From contig OZ024741.1 of NCBI GenBank assembly GCA_964016885.1, positions 398,288,001-398,352,000 of the forward strand: a stretch of DNA of 64,000 bases. Direction: 5' to 3'. Source of the stretch: Eledone cirrhosa. Lineage: Eukaryota. Positions 62,301 through 64,000 of the stretch are shown piece after piece. A program made the translations under genes and the position numbers. Within the stretch, counting starts at the first letter, position 1. Every line of letters starts with the position of its first letter. Below the pieces are notes generated by a model. It had not been told where the DNA came from. It searched no databases and saw only the letters and a program-made list of their open reading frames with translations.

Positions 62301-64000
62301 ATCATCATCATCATCATCATCATCAACGTTTAACGTCCGTGTTCCACGCTTGCATGGGTTTGGACGGGGGTAGTCCCACTTGAGGCAAGAGTGATTGTCT
62401 TGCTCGCATAGGACTGTCTGGCAGGTTTTCTACAGTTGGATGCCCTTCCTAACACCAACCACATTTACAGTGTGGGTCTGGGAGGTTTTTACCGTGTTGC
62501 CTACACGGCCACATTACAGCGTGGACTGTGTGTTTTTTTGTCGTGACACCTACACGATCTCATTTGTTTCGGCCTCGATGGCGCGGCACCAACATAACTT
62601 TACATAGAACGGGGTGGTGTGGATGGGGTGGGGGCGGGGGTGGTGGGACGGGGTGTATTTTGTTAGAGATGCCTACTGGCTGGAGTAGGTTTTACTATAT
62701 ATTTAGGTAAGGCGGGTCTTCTCTGTTACTGAGTACCGCCAAAGGTCTCGGTCCAGTGACATTGTCTTGGAGAGGTGTAAGTGTGTGATGTCGGAGTTTA
62801 TCAGCTCGTCCCAGGTTTTTCTAGGTCTGCCTATTCCGTGACTACCGTCTATCTTTATTGCCCTGCACTTTGTTATACAGCTATCGACTTTCATGCGCAT
62901 CACGTGTCCATACCAACGTAGCCTTCTCTCGAGTAAACAACATCTGATCCCTCTTATCTCTAATTTTTTCCTTAGTTCGTTTATGCTTTGCCGTTCACGT
63001 ATATTACTGTTACACATCCAGCGGAGCATGCAAGCTTCGTTCCTCTCTAGTCTGCGTATATCCTCTGCACACAATGCCCAGGTCTCACTGCCATGCAGCA
63101 TTGCTGTTCGTATGCAGGCATCGTACAACCTGCCTTTCATTTTTAGTGAGAACCCTTTAGCAGCTAATAGTGGTATAAGCTCTCTGAACTTTTTCCAACC
63201 AGTTCTGACTCTAGCTACAGTACTTTCAGAGCACCCTCCCCCACTGCTGATTTTATCGCCCAGGTAACGGAAGCTGTCCACTATTTCTATAGAACCCTCT
63301 GCGCAATTGAAAGAGCTAGTAGTTTGTGGGCACTTGCTGCTACTTATTGCACCAGAGCACCGGCCACATGTAAAATCTATGTTCTTAGTTAGCTTACCTG
63401 TGATCCCACTACATCTTTTATGCACCCATACTTTGCATTTAGGACATAAAATGGAGTTTCTACCTACGCCTTTCCTACACACCGAGCACGACCATTTCCC
63501 AGAAGGGACCGCCGCCTTGTTTTCTTTCCTACAAACTAGTACTTTGGTCTTAGCCAGGTTAATTTTAAGTCCTTTTGACTCTAGGCCGTGCTTCCATGTT
63601 TGGAATTTCTTCTCTAGCTCGGCCATTGATTCCGCTATGAGTGTCAGGTCGTCTGCGTATAGGAGTTCCCATGGGCAGCCTGTCTTGAACTCCTCTGTTA
63701 TAGCCTGAAGGGCAATAATAAATAGTAGTGGGCTGAGAACAGAGCCCTGATGGACGCCAACTTTTACGCTAAACTCTTCACTATATTCGTTGTTAATTCT
63801 AACCTTGCTGACTGTTTCTTTATACATGGCTTGTATAGCCCTCACAAGCCATTCGTCAACGCCTAGTTTTCTAAGAGCCCACCAGATAATGGAGCGGGGG
63901 ACTCTGTCGAAGGCTTTCTCCAAGTCGACAAAAGCTAAGTAGAGGGGTTTACCTTTAGCTAGGTACTTCTCCTGTAGTTGTCGTACTATGAAAAGAGCGT
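62301..64000 (-). mobile_element. Young RTE-clade LINE continuing beyond the window
   Basis: ~99% identical to 14073-15657 by eye, with the same UTR and (GAT)n tail. Confidence 0.97.
62703..63998 (-). CDS. RTE reverse transcriptase ORF, 5'-partial, open to the window edge
   Basis: ALFIVRQLQEKYLAKGKPLYLAFVDLEKAFDRV...QGSVLSP...YADD...FRYLG...WYGHV, with no stops. Confidence 0.93.
   Translation of the reverse strand, partial: ALFIVRQLQEKYLAKGKPLYLAFVDLEKAFDRVPRSIIWWALRKLGVDEWLVRAIQAMYKETVSKVRINNEYSEEFSVKVGVHQGSVLSPLLFIIALQAITEEFKTGCPWELLYADDLTLIAESMAELEKKFQTWKHGLESKGLKINLAKTKVLVCRKENKAAVPSGKWSCSVCRKGVGRNSILCPKCKVWVHKRCSGITGKLTKNIDFTCGRCSGAISSSKCPQTTSSFNCAEGSIEIVDSFRYLGDKISSGGGCSESTVARVRTGWKKFRELIPLLAAKGFSLKMKGRLYDACIRTAMLHGSETWALCAEDIRRLERNEACMLRWMCNSNIRERQSINELRKKLEIRGIRCCLLERRLRWYGHVMRMKVDSCITKCRAIKIDGSHGIGRPRKTWDELINSDITHLHLSKTMSLDRDLWRYSVTEKTRLT

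Noticed and set aside
14073-64000. The two RTE copies as LTRs of one giant element or as a segmental duplication
   Set aside because: They are LINE 3' portions with (GAT)n tails, unrelated flanks and different 5' extents

Overview
Eukaryotic, repeat-dominated animal DNA. The RTE LINE and SINE families resemble those of octopus (coleoid cephalopod); this is recognition from memory, not a database result. Three consecutive, phase-compatible + strand exons (2445-2591, 5538-5677, 10774-10865) encode the BSD-domain region of SYAP1. The third exon ends at a splice donor and I found no further exon, so the remaining ~53 kb is probably one intron. That stretch holds a ~43.5 kb satellite (46-bp monomer) with layered higher-order repeats, bracketed by two ~99% identical minus-strand RTE LINE copies whose RT carries an inserted C4HC3 (PHD-type) zinc finger. 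The rest is older RTE fragments, Nin/Deu-type and CORE-type SINEs, microsatellites and several minisatellites, some visibly amplified from retroposon sequence. The most unusual signals are: two fold-back elements centred on hammerhead-ribozyme-like cores (1340-1458, 61673-61804); a tandemly duplicated 3' splice site with stop-containing decoy acceptors; retroposon-seeded tandem arrays; and inverted RTE copies flanking the exons. All alignments and counts were done by eye.
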